Below are positions 16,872 through 25,838 of a stretch of DNA of 32,000 nt, in pieces. Made by a program: the position numbers and the translations under genes. A model generated the notes under the pieces. It saw nothing but the letters and a program-made list of their open reading frames with translations. It was not told the DNA's origin and ran no database searches. The stretch comes from an uncultured Pirellulaceae bacterium. GTDB lineage: Bacteria; Planctomycetota; Planctomycetia; Pirellulales; Pirellulaceae. The first letter of the stretch is position 1. Each line of letters opens with the position of its first letter. The DNA is taken from contig CAYSXI010000016.1 of assembly GCA_964434955.1 (NCBI GenBank), positions 14,808-46,807 on the forward strand. Reading direction: 5' to 3'.

Positions 16872-17600
16872 ATGCGACTTACTTACTTGTTTACCATTCT
16901 GGTCTTGATCACATTCGCCCAGGCGGCAAATGCACAAGAGTGCAAGCATCTTTTTATCCTCTCCGGTCAATCCAACATGGCAGGCCTTAAGCCAGCCGAG
17001 TCATTCATACCGACGGTCGAGAAAGAGTTCGGCAAAGAAAGCGTCACTGTCGTTTTCGATGCTCAAGGCGGCCAGCCTATTCGACGTTGGTACAAGAAAT
17101 GGAAGCCGGCCGAAGGGGATGTTCCGCAGAATGCCAAGATTGGTGATCTCTATGACCGGCTGATGAAAAAGGTCGCGACTGCAATCAAAGACAAAGAAAT
17201 CATGTCAGTAACCTTTATCTGGATGCAAGGTGAGCGAGACGCCCGGGAAAAACATGGAGATGTCTATGCCGAAAGCCTGGCCGGTTTAAGGAAGCAGATC
17301 CAAGAGGATCTGAAACAAGATCATATTCACTTTGTGATTGGTCGATTAAGTGACTTCGATATGGACAATAAGCGTTACGGTCATTGGACAAAGATTCGTG
17401 ACGTCCAAGTTGAGTATGCCAAGTCAACTGAGGCAACCGAGTGGGTGGATACCGACGACCTCAATGATGGGCTCAACCGCCGGGGAAAAGAAATCAAGAA
17501 CGATTTGCACTACTCGGCAGAGGGCTACAAAACTTTGGGCGAACGATTTGCCAAAAAGGCCATCGGTTTGATCAAGCCTTCCGAAGAGAAGAAGAAGTAG
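16872..17600 (+). CDS. SASA/DUF303-type (sialate O-acetylesterase-like, SGNH-related) esterase, secreted
   Basis: 'MRLTYLFTILVLITFAQAANA' is a signal peptide. The 'LFILSGQSNMAGL' catalytic block and a late 'DLHYSAEGY' motif are present. The track ORF begins at TTG 16749. Confidence 0.75.
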   Translation: MRLTYLFTILVLITFAQAANAQECKHLFILSGQSNMAGLKPAESFIPTVEKEFGKESVTVVFDAQGGQPIRRWYKKWKPAEGDVPQNAKIGDLYDRLMKKVATAIKDKEIMSVTFIWMQGERDAREKHGDVYAESLAGLRKQIQEDLKQDHIHFVIGRLSDFDMDNKRYGHWTKIRDVQVEYAKSTEATEWVDTDDLNDGLNRRGKEIKNDLHYSAEGYKTLGERFAKKAIGLIKPSEEKKK

Positions 17601-17661
17601 TTCGTTCGATTGAATTCAGTTATTGGCTCCTCGCACCGAGTTGCTCTTAGCCTCAGGCAAT

Positions 17662-18033
17662 ATGATCAAAGAATTCATCCGCGGTTTCCGCTTTGCAATC
17701 AATGGGATCGCCCACGCAGCGGCAACCGAGATGAATTTTCGCTTGCATCTGTTGGTAGCGGTGATCGTCATTGGGTGCGGGATTTTCTTTCAGATTGAAA
17801 TGACTGAATGGTCGATGATTGCCATATGTTTCGGAATGGTATTTGGCGCCGAGTGCTTCAACACAGCCATTGAGCGGCTTGCCGATCGAGTCAGCAAAGA
17901 GAACGATCCCTTGATCGGCCACGCGAAGGACTTGGCGGCGGGCGCTGTTTTGGTCGTGGCTTTCTCGGCAGCGGCCGTTGGTTTGATCATTTTCTTGCCA
18001 AAAGTCTATGCGTTGTTGCTCGGCGATGCTTGA
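17662..18033 (+). CDS. dgkA: Diacylglycerol kinase (prokaryotic DagK family)
   Basis: 'GFRFAINGIAHA', 'EMNFRLH', 'GAECFNTAIERLADRV' and 'HAKDLAAGAVLV' align with E. coli DgkA motifs (E..NSAIE..vDR, aKDmGSAAV). Three TM helices are predicted. Confidence 0.85.
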   Translation: MIKEFIRGFRFAINGIAHAAATEMNFRLHLLVAVIVIGCGIFFQIEMTEWSMIAICFGMVFGAECFNTAIERLADRVSKENDPLIGHAKDLAAGAVLVVAFSAAAVGLIIFLPKVYALLLGDA

Positions 18034-18047
18034 GCGTTCCAGGCCGG

Positions 18048-18881
18048 TTACCGGAGAAAATCCTTCAGCTTGCGAAACTCTTTTACCTTCGCTTCACCGC
18101 CAAGAGGAATTAGCCGAACGCTCAAGATGACATCGCCCCAGAGTTGGACGGTGACCCGCCCCCCATCAAAGTAATAGTGGTCCGTGCCATAGGCGCTGCC
18201 CTGTCGAATACTCAAAGGGGGACCTGCAATCTCGCAGATTTGACGGGAGAGTTCTGTTCCATTGGTTGAGCTTTCAATGAGTCGAAGAATCCTCTCCGAG
18301 GTTGAATTGCTTTGAACCCAAGTCGCCTCCGATTCCAGAAATTTCTGGCGGGCTTTGTCTTTGTCAGGCATGGATCGCGAAAACTGTTCGAATTGGTCGG
18401 AATCCAGGACAGTTCTGACAACGCAAGATTTCTGGCTGATTGGAACGTGCAAGCGAACTTTTTTTTGCTTGGGGCCAATCAGGAGGACTGTCTCGACATC
18501 GGCTTTGTATTTCCGGGCCGCGAGATAATGCGGGCTCACTTTCTGAAAAACGTTTTCGTCGAGCGTGCATTCAACGAAATAAAGAAGTCGGCTTGGCGTC
18601 TGTTCGCTGTCTTTGGCTTGGACCGTTCGAACGACGCGAATTTCCTTGACGCGGTTTCTGAGCGAAATCGAATCTTCATCCAGGAGGCGACGAATCGTGG
18701 CCTGCTGCTTTGGCTCAGGAGGTCCCCAAAGCTTGATCCTCAATGTGATTTCGTCGTCCGTGATTTCGCCGTCCGTGGTTTCTAAAACAGAAGTCACGGC
18801 TTTGGCTTCCGTCGCGGCGCAAAAAAAAGACGCAACAAGCAACGTCGAAAGGGCGAGTCTTGAGCAAATCGGAACGACCAT
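18048..18881 (-). CDS. Hypothetical secreted protein
   Basis: 277-aa ORF with signal peptide 'MVVPICSRLALSTLLVASFFCAATEAKA'. No family recognised. Confidence 0.55.
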   Translation of the reverse strand: MVVPICSRLALSTLLVASFFCAATEAKAVTSVLETTDGEITDDEITLRIKLWGPPEPKQQATIRRLLDEDSISLRNRVKEIRVVRTVQAKDSEQTPSRLLYFVECTLDENVFQKVSPHYLAARKYKADVETVLLIGPKQKKVRLHVPISQKSCVVRTVLDSDQFEQFSRSMPDKDKARQKFLESEATWVQSNSTSERILRLIESSTNGTELSRQICEIAGPPLSIRQGSAYGTDHYYFDGGRVTVQLWGDVILSVRLIPLGGEAKVKEFRKLKDFLR

Positions 18882-18979
18882 GATTCTCTCCGAGATCGAT
18901 GAGGATACTCTTTGGACGAAGGAATCGCAGACGAGTTCCGGATTTCGTTGTGAATTCAGGCAGCTGACTCGTGAAATGC

Positions 18980-19399
18980 CTAGCGCTCGTTTTTCATATC
19001 AGCAGGAAGCTGCTCCACCTGTTCCAGGACCATGCCATCTTTATCAAACAAGATCCAGGCTTCTTTGGATTCATCCTCATTCGAGAAAAGTAACGCGTAG
19101 GCAACGGTCACATCTTCAAAGGGCCCCGGGTTTTTCTCCTCAGGATCTCCCAGCATGATGCGAACATCTTCATCGCTCATGCTTTTTTTTACTTGACCGA
19201 AAACCGGAGCATTGGCTGGTTCCGTTTGAAGCTGCGGTTGGGTTGGCACCGGGCCCGAAACGGCAACCGTGGTCGAGCTCGACGATACGCCAAAAAACAG
19301 AAACGATACGGCGCCAAGTCCAACGCAGGCAATCAAGGCGAGCAGTGCCACGGCGGCAAACGTAAAAACAATCGTGGCTGTATTGTTGGACTGGTTCAA
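18980..19399 (-). CDS. Hypothetical membrane-anchored protein
   Basis: 139-aa ORF with an N-terminal TM segment 'IVFTFAAVALLALIACVGLGAVSFLFFGV'. A Pro/Gln linker is followed by a small domain containing 'MSDEDVRIMLGDPE'. Confidence 0.5.
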   Translation of the reverse strand: MNQSNNTATIVFTFAAVALLALIACVGLGAVSFLFFGVSSSSTTVAVSGPVPTQPQLQTEPANAPVFGQVKKSMSDEDVRIMLGDPEEKNPGPFEDVTVAYALLFSNEDESKEAWILFDKDGMVLEQVEQLPADMKNER

Positions 19400-19596
19400 A
19401 GTCGTTCTCCGTATTCGTTGAACTCAAAAATCGGCAACGTTTTGCTTGATTCATTCTAAAGAAATGTTGCCGCGTTTTCCCACAGCAACTTGCTCAATCG
19501 AACATTCTATCGATCGAAGGACCATCGAGCAAAACGAGCCGGGGGCTCATTTGCAAGCAGCCGAAAAGGAACAACAACGTCCGAGGTTTGTAACCG

Positions 19597-21015
19597 TTAT
19601 CCAAGACTCTTGAACGCCGCCAAAACCTTCTCTCGGCTTGCCGAATAGTCGATGACGAAAGAAGGGTAATCGGCGTTATGCTGCTTGATCGCCGCGGTAA
19701 GTTTTTTTGCATCATGGAGCGCGGCACTGGGGACGGGCTCCAACTCCGGACACATTTTTTTGATGAAACTTCCTTCCGGATCAAATCGTTTGCTCTGACT
19801 GAAAGGATTGAAAATTCGAAAATAGGGTACCGCGTCGGTTCCTGTTGATGCCGACCATTGCCACCCACCATTGTTTGCCGCGAGGTCTCCATCGATCAGG
19901 TTTTGCATGAAGTAGCGTTCTCCCCAACGCCAGTCAATCAGAAGGTTCTTGCTGAGAAACATTGCGGTGACCATGCGAAGTCGATTGTGCATCCAGCCGG
20001 TACGGTTGAGTTGCCGCATTCCAGCGTCCACCAAAGGAAAGCCGGTTCTTCCTTCTTTCCATGCGTCGAATAAACCCTGGTCGTGGCTCCAATTGATTCC
20101 GTCCGTTGCAAGTTTGAACGGACGGTGCATGCAAACCCGAGGACAGTGAACCATCACCTGATGATAAAAGTCGCGCCAGCAGAGTTCCGAGATCCAAACC
20201 GCGGCCCCGTTGTCGCCGCCAATCTTACCCCGGTTTGCGGTAATCGCTGCCGACAAACATTGCCGAGGCGATATCACGCCAGCTGCCAGGTAGGGCGACA
20301 AAAGGCTCGTCCCGTTTTCACTGGGAATGTCACGTGCTGTCCCGTACGCGGCAATGGCATTGGTGAAATTCTTGATGCGCTTCTGTGCCTCGGATTCACC
20401 GGCCGGCCATAGGTCCTTTCGGTACGTGGACAAGTCGAAACCGGGAACACGATCGGGAACTTGCGAAGATTCCGTTCCCTCTGGACGTTTCTGTTTCCTC
20501 GGCCGAGGCAGCACCTCGATCAAACCGTTGACCACCGGCTCCCAGGATCGCCGATAGGGCGTAAAGACCGAATAGAAACCGCCTGTCTTTGTCTTTACCC
20601 GGTCGGCAGGCACCAGGATGCGATCGTCAAAGGCGTGAATCGCCAAGGATTTTTTCGCGGCGGCTTCTTCTACCGCTTGATCTCTTCGACGCTCGTTGAC
20701 TTCGTATTCGGCATTGAAAAAAATGGCCGACGAATCTGTCTCGCTGGCAAACTTGACAAGCTGGCTTGGGATCTTGGAATAGTCGTCGCAACGGACAACT
20801 CGAAGTGGGATGCCCAGAGATTCAAGGTCTTCGGCGAGAAGGAGTAGATTTTCAATCCAGAAGGCGACTTTGCAAGCTGCTTCATCATGAGCTTGCCATT
20901 GCTTCGGTGTAATGAAATAAATTGCGAAGGTCGAACCGGGACGCTTCGAAGCATGGTGCAGGGCCATGTTGTCGCGTGTCCTCAAATCGCGACGAAACCA
21001 AACAATTGTGTTCAT
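19597..21015 (-). CDS. phrB: Deoxyribodipyrimidine (CPD) photolyase, class I
   Basis: 'IVWFRRDLRTRDNMAL' at the N-terminus. FAD-binding block 'TGFPLVDAGMRQLNRTGWMHNRLRMVTAMFLSKNLLIDWRWGERYFMQNLIDGDLAANNGGWQW'. Confidence 0.92.
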   Translation of the reverse strand: MNTIVWFRRDLRTRDNMALHHASKRPGSTFAIYFITPKQWQAHDEAACKVAFWIENLLLLAEDLESLGIPLRVVRCDDYSKIPSQLVKFASETDSSAIFFNAEYEVNERRRDQAVEEAAAKKSLAIHAFDDRILVPADRVKTKTGGFYSVFTPYRRSWEPVVNGLIEVLPRPRKQKRPEGTESSQVPDRVPGFDLSTYRKDLWPAGESEAQKRIKNFTNAIAAYGTARDIPSENGTSLLSPYLAAGVISPRQCLSAAITANRGKIGGDNGAAVWISELCWRDFYHQVMVHCPRVCMHRPFKLATDGINWSHDQGLFDAWKEGRTGFPLVDAGMRQLNRTGWMHNRLRMVTAMFLSKNLLIDWRWGERYFMQNLIDGDLAANNGGWQWSASTGTDAVPYFRIFNPFSQSKRFDPEGSFIKKMCPELEPVPSAALHDAKKLTAAIKQHNADYPSFVIDYSASREKVLAAFKSLG

Positions 21016-21053
21016 AAATTCAATCGCAACCCGGATCTAAACCAAGATCGAAG

Positions 21054-21065
21054 TTAACCGGTTAA
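21054..21065. promoter_or_regulatory. Perfect 12-bp palindrome TTAACCGGTTAA in the divergent photolyase promoter region (candidate operator)
   Basis: The only perfect palindrome of this length I found in the 110-bp spacer between the starts at 21015 (-) and 21126 (+). Its function is unproven. Confidence 0.3.
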
Positions 21066-21125
21066 AAACGACCAGCATAACTCGGTTTTCCCTAGGGACT
21101 CATCGATTTAGGCCAGCGAATTCCC

Positions 21126-22631
21126 ATGGTAGATCTGCTCATTTTTCCCCACCAGCTGTTTGAATACCATCCGGGGTTTCAGCAATCGATCGACCGGGTT
21201 TTGTTGATTGAAGACAGCCTCTTTTTTGGTGACTCCCGATATCCACTCCGCTTTCACCTACAGAAACTCTGGTTTCACCGCGCGACCATGAAGCGCTATG
21301 AGCGTTTGGTTCGTGAGCGGGGTTATGCGGTTGAATATCTGGAGTTTCAGCCGGGCCGGGACCTGGTCGACACCCTGGTTTCGTTTTACGAAAGCCAAGA
21401 CCAGACCACCAGTTCCTTCGTCTACTGCGAGCCCGTCGATTTTGTCCTCGAAAAGCGACTCGAGCGATTGGAGTCCAAGCTCGATATCGAACCCGTGCGT
21501 TTGCCGACGCCTGGATTCATCAATCGGTCCGAAGAAAACGTCAAATATCGCGCCGGTCGGAAACGTTGGTTTATGGCCGATTTTTACAAATGGCAGCGCA
21601 AGCGTCTGGATATCTTGATGGAGGATGGGCAACCGGTTGGCGGCAAATGGAGCTTTGATGGAGACAATCGAAAGAAGGTGCCAAAGAACCGTTTGGATTC
21701 TGTTCCACAGTTGCCATCGATTGAGCGTGATTCGATCGATCACGAAGCCCGTGAATATGTTCAACGGCGATTTCCGGAGAACCCGGGGTCGCTTTCGAAT
21801 TTGATTTATCCAACCTCGCACTTGGATTCGGATTCGTGGCTTGCGAAGTTTCTCGAAGAACGCTTTGCGCTTTTCGGAGACTACGAGGATGCAATCGTCG
21901 CCAAAGAGTCTTTCCTTTGGCACAGTGTTCTAACGCCGATGCTGAATGTCGGGTTGGTGACGCCAAACCAAGTGCTGGATGCAACGCTTGAGTTTTCCCT
22001 ACGAGCCGATGTGCCAATCAATGCGCTCGAGGGATTCATCCGACAAGTCATTGGTTGGCGCGAGTTCATGCGCGCGACCTACCAGGATCTTGGAGTGGCC
22101 ATGCGGAATTCAAATCATTGGTCCCATTCGAGATCCATTCCGAGTTCGTTCTACGACGGCACGACCGGGATTGAGCCGGTCGATACGACGATCTCGCGCA
22201 TCATCGAGACCGGCTATTGCCATCACATCGAACGTTTAATGGTTCTGGGCGGATTCATGTTTCTTTGTGAATTCCATCCCAAGCAAATCTATCAATGGTT
22301 CATGGAAATGTTCATCGATAGTTACGACTGGGTGATGGTTCCCAATGTTTTTGCGATGAGTCAGCATGCGGACGGGGGGCTAATCACGACCAAGCCCTAC
22401 TTCTCAGGATCGGCCTACATCAAAAAAATGAGTCACTACTCGAAAGGTCCCTGGTGCGAAATCTGGGATGGGCTCTATTGGCGATGGATCGACAAGAATC
22501 TTGAAAGTCTTTCACACAACCCACGCTGGGCAATGATGTGTCGGATGGCCGAAAAGATGGACCCGGAGAAAATGGCCAAGCATAAGAAGGTTGCCAGCGC
22601 GTTTCTCAAGCGCGTTTCTCAAGACACTTGA
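21126..22631 (+). CDS. Cryptochrome/photolyase-family protein of the COG3046 (CryPro / FeS-BCP / bacterial 6-4 photolyase-related) type
   Basis: 501-aa ORF. The N-terminus 'LLIFPHQLFEYHP' is typical of COG3046. Also present are 'GFIRQVIGWREFMR', 'ETGYCHHIERLMVLGGF', 'FIDSYDWVMVPNVFAMSQHADGG' and 'KPYFSGSAYIKKMS'. Confidence 0.85.
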   Translation: MVDLLIFPHQLFEYHPGFQQSIDRVLLIEDSLFFGDSRYPLRFHLQKLWFHRATMKRYERLVRERGYAVEYLEFQPGRDLVDTLVSFYESQDQTTSSFVYCEPVDFVLEKRLERLESKLDIEPVRLPTPGFINRSEENVKYRAGRKRWFMADFYKWQRKRLDILMEDGQPVGGKWSFDGDNRKKVPKNRLDSVPQLPSIERDSIDHEAREYVQRRFPENPGSLSNLIYPTSHLDSDSWLAKFLEERFALFGDYEDAIVAKESFLWHSVLTPMLNVGLVTPNQVLDATLEFSLRADVPINALEGFIRQVIGWREFMRATYQDLGVAMRNSNHWSHSRSIPSSFYDGTTGIEPVDTTISRIIETGYCHHIERLMVLGGFMFLCEFHPKQIYQWFMEMFIDSYDWVMVPNVFAMSQHADGGLITTKPYFSGSAYIKKMSHYSKGPWCEIWDGLYWRWIDKNLESLSHNPRWAMMCRMAEKMDPEKMAKHKKVASAFLKRVSQDT

Positions 22632-22651
22632 TTAATGGGAATTCAACGCAT

Positions 22652-23410
22652 TTACCCAAGGGTCAATTCCACCGGACAATGATCCGAACCGGTGATTTCC
22701 TGCCGGATCCCGGCATGTTTTACGCTGGACCAGAATTTTTTGGCTACAAAAAAATAATCCAGTCGCCAGCCAATGTTCCGTTCGCGCGCGTTGCTTCGAA
22801 CCGTCCACCAGCTGTATTGTTCGGGCCTTTCATCGAACTCACGAAACGAGTCAATGAATCCTGAATCGATCATGCGATCAATGGCTCCTCGTTCTTCATC
22901 CGTGAAACCCGCATTTCGCCGATTGGCTTTTGGGTTCGCCAGGTCGATCTCCTTGTGCGCGACATTCAGGTCGCCACAGAAGATGACAGGCTTTTTTCGG
23001 TTTCGCTTTTTGACAAAATCAAGAAACGCGAGATCCCATTCCTGACGATAGTCCAATCGTGTTAATCCCCGCTTTGAATTCGGCGTGTAAACCGTAACGA
23101 CCTGGAAGTCGTCAAAGCTTGCAGTGACGATTCGTCCCTCTTTGTCGTGTTCGGCGGCATTCATTCCCAGTTCAACGGATTTGGGTTTTTGTTTGGACCA
23201 AATCGTTGTCCCGCTATATCCTTTTTTCTCGGCGCAATTCCAGGTGTGGTGGTAACCCATTTCATCGACCCACCCCAAATCGACTTGTTCCGGCTCGGCC
23301 TTGGTTTCCTGCAAACAGAGTATGTCCGGGTTTTCGGCTTCAATGAATTCGCGAAAGCCCTTCCGGCATGCTGCTCGAATTCCATTGACATTCCAGGAGA
23401 TCATTTTCAT
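22652..23410 (-). CDS. xthA: Exodeoxyribonuclease III (AP endonuclease)
   Basis: 'MKMISWNVNGIRA...ENPDILCLQETK', 'GDLNVAH', 'WRLDYF' and 'GSDHCPV' are EEP-family catalytic motifs. The track ORF starts 15 nt upstream, at TTG 23425. Confidence 0.92.
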   Translation of the reverse strand: MKMISWNVNGIRAACRKGFREFIEAENPDILCLQETKAEPEQVDLGWVDEMGYHHTWNCAEKKGYSGTTIWSKQKPKSVELGMNAAEHDKEGRIVTASFDDFQVVTVYTPNSKRGLTRLDYRQEWDLAFLDFVKKRNRKKPVIFCGDLNVAHKEIDLANPKANRRNAGFTDEERGAIDRMIDSGFIDSFREFDERPEQYSWWTVRSNARERNIGWRLDYFFVAKKFWSSVKHAGIRQEITGSDHCPVELTLG

Positions 23411-23428
23411 TGGGGGCACCCACAAAAG

Positions 23429-24442
23429 TTACATCAAGATGTCGTCGACCGGTTTGAGAGGTTCGGGAACGTCTTTCTCGCCAAGCATTTCCCGCAGGTC
23501 GATTTCAATGGTCCGGCACAAAGCCGTCATGGGAACGTCATTGATAAAGTTCTCAAACGGATCTTCACTTGAATCACCGACGGTCTCCATGGTCAAGAAA
23601 ATCCAGGAAACCAGCAACGATAATGGGACGGTTAACCAAATCATCCAACCGTGTTGAGCAAGTTCGCCAACGATTCCAAACGGAAGAAGCGTAACAAAAA
23701 TCCAGGTAAAGACGGCGCTGAAATAGGCGTATTGTCGCGGGAAGGGAGTGTTCTTGATCCGTTCGCACTTGCCTTGCAACGAGTACATCTCGGTAATCAA
23801 TTCCATCATGGCCATATGACGAAAGTCTTCGGACAGATTCAACTCCTCGACGACCTTGCGAAGCTTCTCACCTTGGTTTCTGAGAATCTGCGTGGCTGAA
23901 TTCGTTCGGCTGCAAATCACAAACAGCTCTTCTTCCGGGAGTAGCTCGCAAAGCTGTTTCTTGAGCGCCTCAATATCGGTTTGCTGCATGAATTTCTTCT
24001 GTGCGCCACGCGGTCGATAGGCAAATGGCGTTTTTCGACGTAGCTGAAACCTCAAGGAATTGATCCAGGCGAGATGCCGATAGATGAGGTCCCTTTGCAC
24101 CTCCCGGACGGTAGATTCGTCAACTGGCGCATCCGAGTAATGGGCCGAAACGAAGCTGAGAACCTGGTTGCCCCAGCTACGACTGACGTTGACGATCCCA
24201 CCCCAAATTTTCCGCGCTTCCCAATTGCGGTCGTAGCTTTGGTTGTTTTTGAACCCGACATACAAAGCGACGGCAACACCAATCGTACCCAGAGGCGCAA
24301 TCGGTAAACTGCAATTGATGCCCTGGTCCTGCAGGACGAGATAGATCGTGGTGACGATCGCAGCCCAACTCGCAAAGACCAGGACTTTTTTCCAGGCGAA
24401 TCGGAGAATGACACCCCAACGGATGTTGCGTCTTGTGTACAT
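23429..24442 (-). CDS. Bestrophin-family (UPF0187/YneE-like) anion channel
   Basis: 'GFKNNQSYDRNWEARKIWGGIVN' matches the bestrophin/YneE signature (F.N..Y.R.WE.R..WG). About 4 TM helices are predicted. The likely start is the ATG at 24442, and the track ORF starts at 24478. Confidence 0.75.
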   Translation of the reverse strand: MYTRRNIRWGVILRFAWKKVLVFASWAAIVTTIYLVLQDQGINCSLPIAPLGTIGVAVALYVGFKNNQSYDRNWEARKIWGGIVNVSRSWGNQVLSFVSAHYSDAPVDESTVREVQRDLIYRHLAWINSLRFQLRRKTPFAYRPRGAQKKFMQQTDIEALKKQLCELLPEEELFVICSRTNSATQILRNQGEKLRKVVEELNLSEDFRHMAMMELITEMYSLQGKCERIKNTPFPRQYAYFSAVFTWIFVTLLPFGIVGELAQHGWMIWLTVPLSLLVSWIFLTMETVGDSSEDPFENFINDVPMTALCRTIEIDLREMLGEKDVPEPLKPVDDILM

Positions 24443-24514
24443 GAAAATTGCCCGCAAGTGGAAACGAACGATGATCAATTGTTGTTCCGCTGCGGTTCAT
24501 CATCAATCGGGGAT

Positions 24515-24547
24515 CAAAAAAGGCCGAATCGATGTCCGATTCGGCCT
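24515..24547 (-). terminator. Rho-independent terminator (minus strand)
   Basis: Perfect 12-bp stem AAGGCCGAATCG / CGATTCGGCCTT with a 5-nt loop. On the minus strand it is followed by a T-run (the complement of the A6 at 24515-24520). It lies about 110 nt downstream of the 24657 stop. Confidence 0.7.
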
Positions 24548-24656
24548 TGGCTCTCGCCCAAATTGCTTGCAACCGTTTTAATTTCGTTGGGGCATGTTTG
24601 AAATCGTGTCCCGCTGTTTTCGTCTACCTTGGTTTAATGGAGGATGACGATTGCGA

Positions 24657-25403
24657 CTATCGATACTCGGGGTTCACAAAATCGCTTCGACAACCGGCGT
24701 CCCAAGCGGCTCGCTGGTTTCCATGAGCTGGGATTCCGCCCGCATCTTTGATCATTCGGGCAAGGTGCATCAGGTTCCAGGTCATAAAAGTCGTGTTTCG
24801 ATTGGTAAAGTCATTTTCAGGACCGCCCGATCCTGGATCGAGGTACGAAGGGCCCGGTCCGGCTTCACCCAACCATGCGGCATCCGCTTGAGGAGGAATC
24901 ACGTATCCCAGATGCTGAAGTGAATACAGCAAGTTCATCGCACAATGTTTGGCGCCATCCTCGTTGCCGGTAATCAGGCAACCTCCAACCCGGCCGTAGT
25001 AGGCATACTGGCCATGTTCATTGAGGTGTCCACTGGAAGAGTAAAGTCGCTCAATTACCTTGGTCGCGACGGACGTTTTTTCGCCGAGCCAAATCGAGGT
25101 GCCTATCACGAGAATGTCGGCCGCCATAACTCGCTGTTCGATTTCCGGCCATTGATCTTGGTCCCAGCCATGCTCGGTCATGTCAGGCCAGACCCCGTAG
25201 GCGATTTCAAAATCGACCGGTCGCAACTCATCAACCGCGACCCCGTTTTTTTCCATGATCGCTTTCGAGATGTCGATCAAACCCTGGGTATGTGATTGCT
25301 CGGGGGATTTTTTTAATGTGCAATTGAGAAAGATCGCTTTCAGGTCCGAAAAATCCCAGCGGTTATCTGAACATAGTTTTTCTTGTTTCTCGTTTAATCC
25401 CAT
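24657..25403 (-). CDS. Flavodoxin-like fold NAD(P)H-dependent FMN reductase family protein
   Basis: 'IFLNCTLKKSPEQSHTQGL', 'ADILVIGTSIWLGEKTSVATKVIERL' and 'GCLITGNEDGAKH' are typical FMN_red/multimeric flavodoxin blocks. The ATG at 25403 is preceded by GGAG. The track ORF starts at 25442. Confidence 0.75.
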   Translation of the reverse strand: MGLNEKQEKLCSDNRWDFSDLKAIFLNCTLKKSPEQSHTQGLIDISKAIMEKNGVAVDELRPVDFEIAYGVWPDMTEHGWDQDQWPEIEQRVMAADILVIGTSIWLGEKTSVATKVIERLYSSSGHLNEHGQYAYYGRVGGCLITGNEDGAKHCAMNLLYSLQHLGYVIPPQADAAWLGEAGPGPSYLDPGSGGPENDFTNRNTTFMTWNLMHLARMIKDAGGIPAHGNQRAAWDAGCRSDFVNPEYR

Positions 25404-25838
25404 TCCACATCTCCAATTACCCACGACTAAAGAATTCGTCAATTAGAACAGGTGACAGACGTTTGTTGTTTTCCTTACAGCGGTTTCAGGAAAACGAGAA
25501 CGGTATGACCGTCCATGGAATTTTGCAGTCATGCGAGAATCTGTTAGAATCAGCTTCTGCCATAATTTCACAAGAACAAACTACAACTTACAGCTCAAAC
25601 TACAATTGTGTGGCTTTTTCCGGGCAGCGACTTTCTTTGAAACTGCGACAGCTTGTCGTTTCGCAACCGTTCCAGGTAACGAAGTGATCAATGCGACCTG
25701 GCACGGTCATGAACGGTGGTTCCGTTTTGGTATCGATTTCCGAATTTCAAATTTATTGCCCGTTTTTATGTGTAATGAATCGAACGAAGTTCTGTCTTCC
25801 GGCTCAAACGGCAAGAGCAAACCGGGAAGAAAAAAAGG

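Noticed and set aside
21258-22017. Minus-strand ORFs of 221 aa and 148 aa inside the COG3046 photolyase-related gene
   Set aside because: They lie antisense to a full-length, motif-rich CPF-family ORF and have no independent support.
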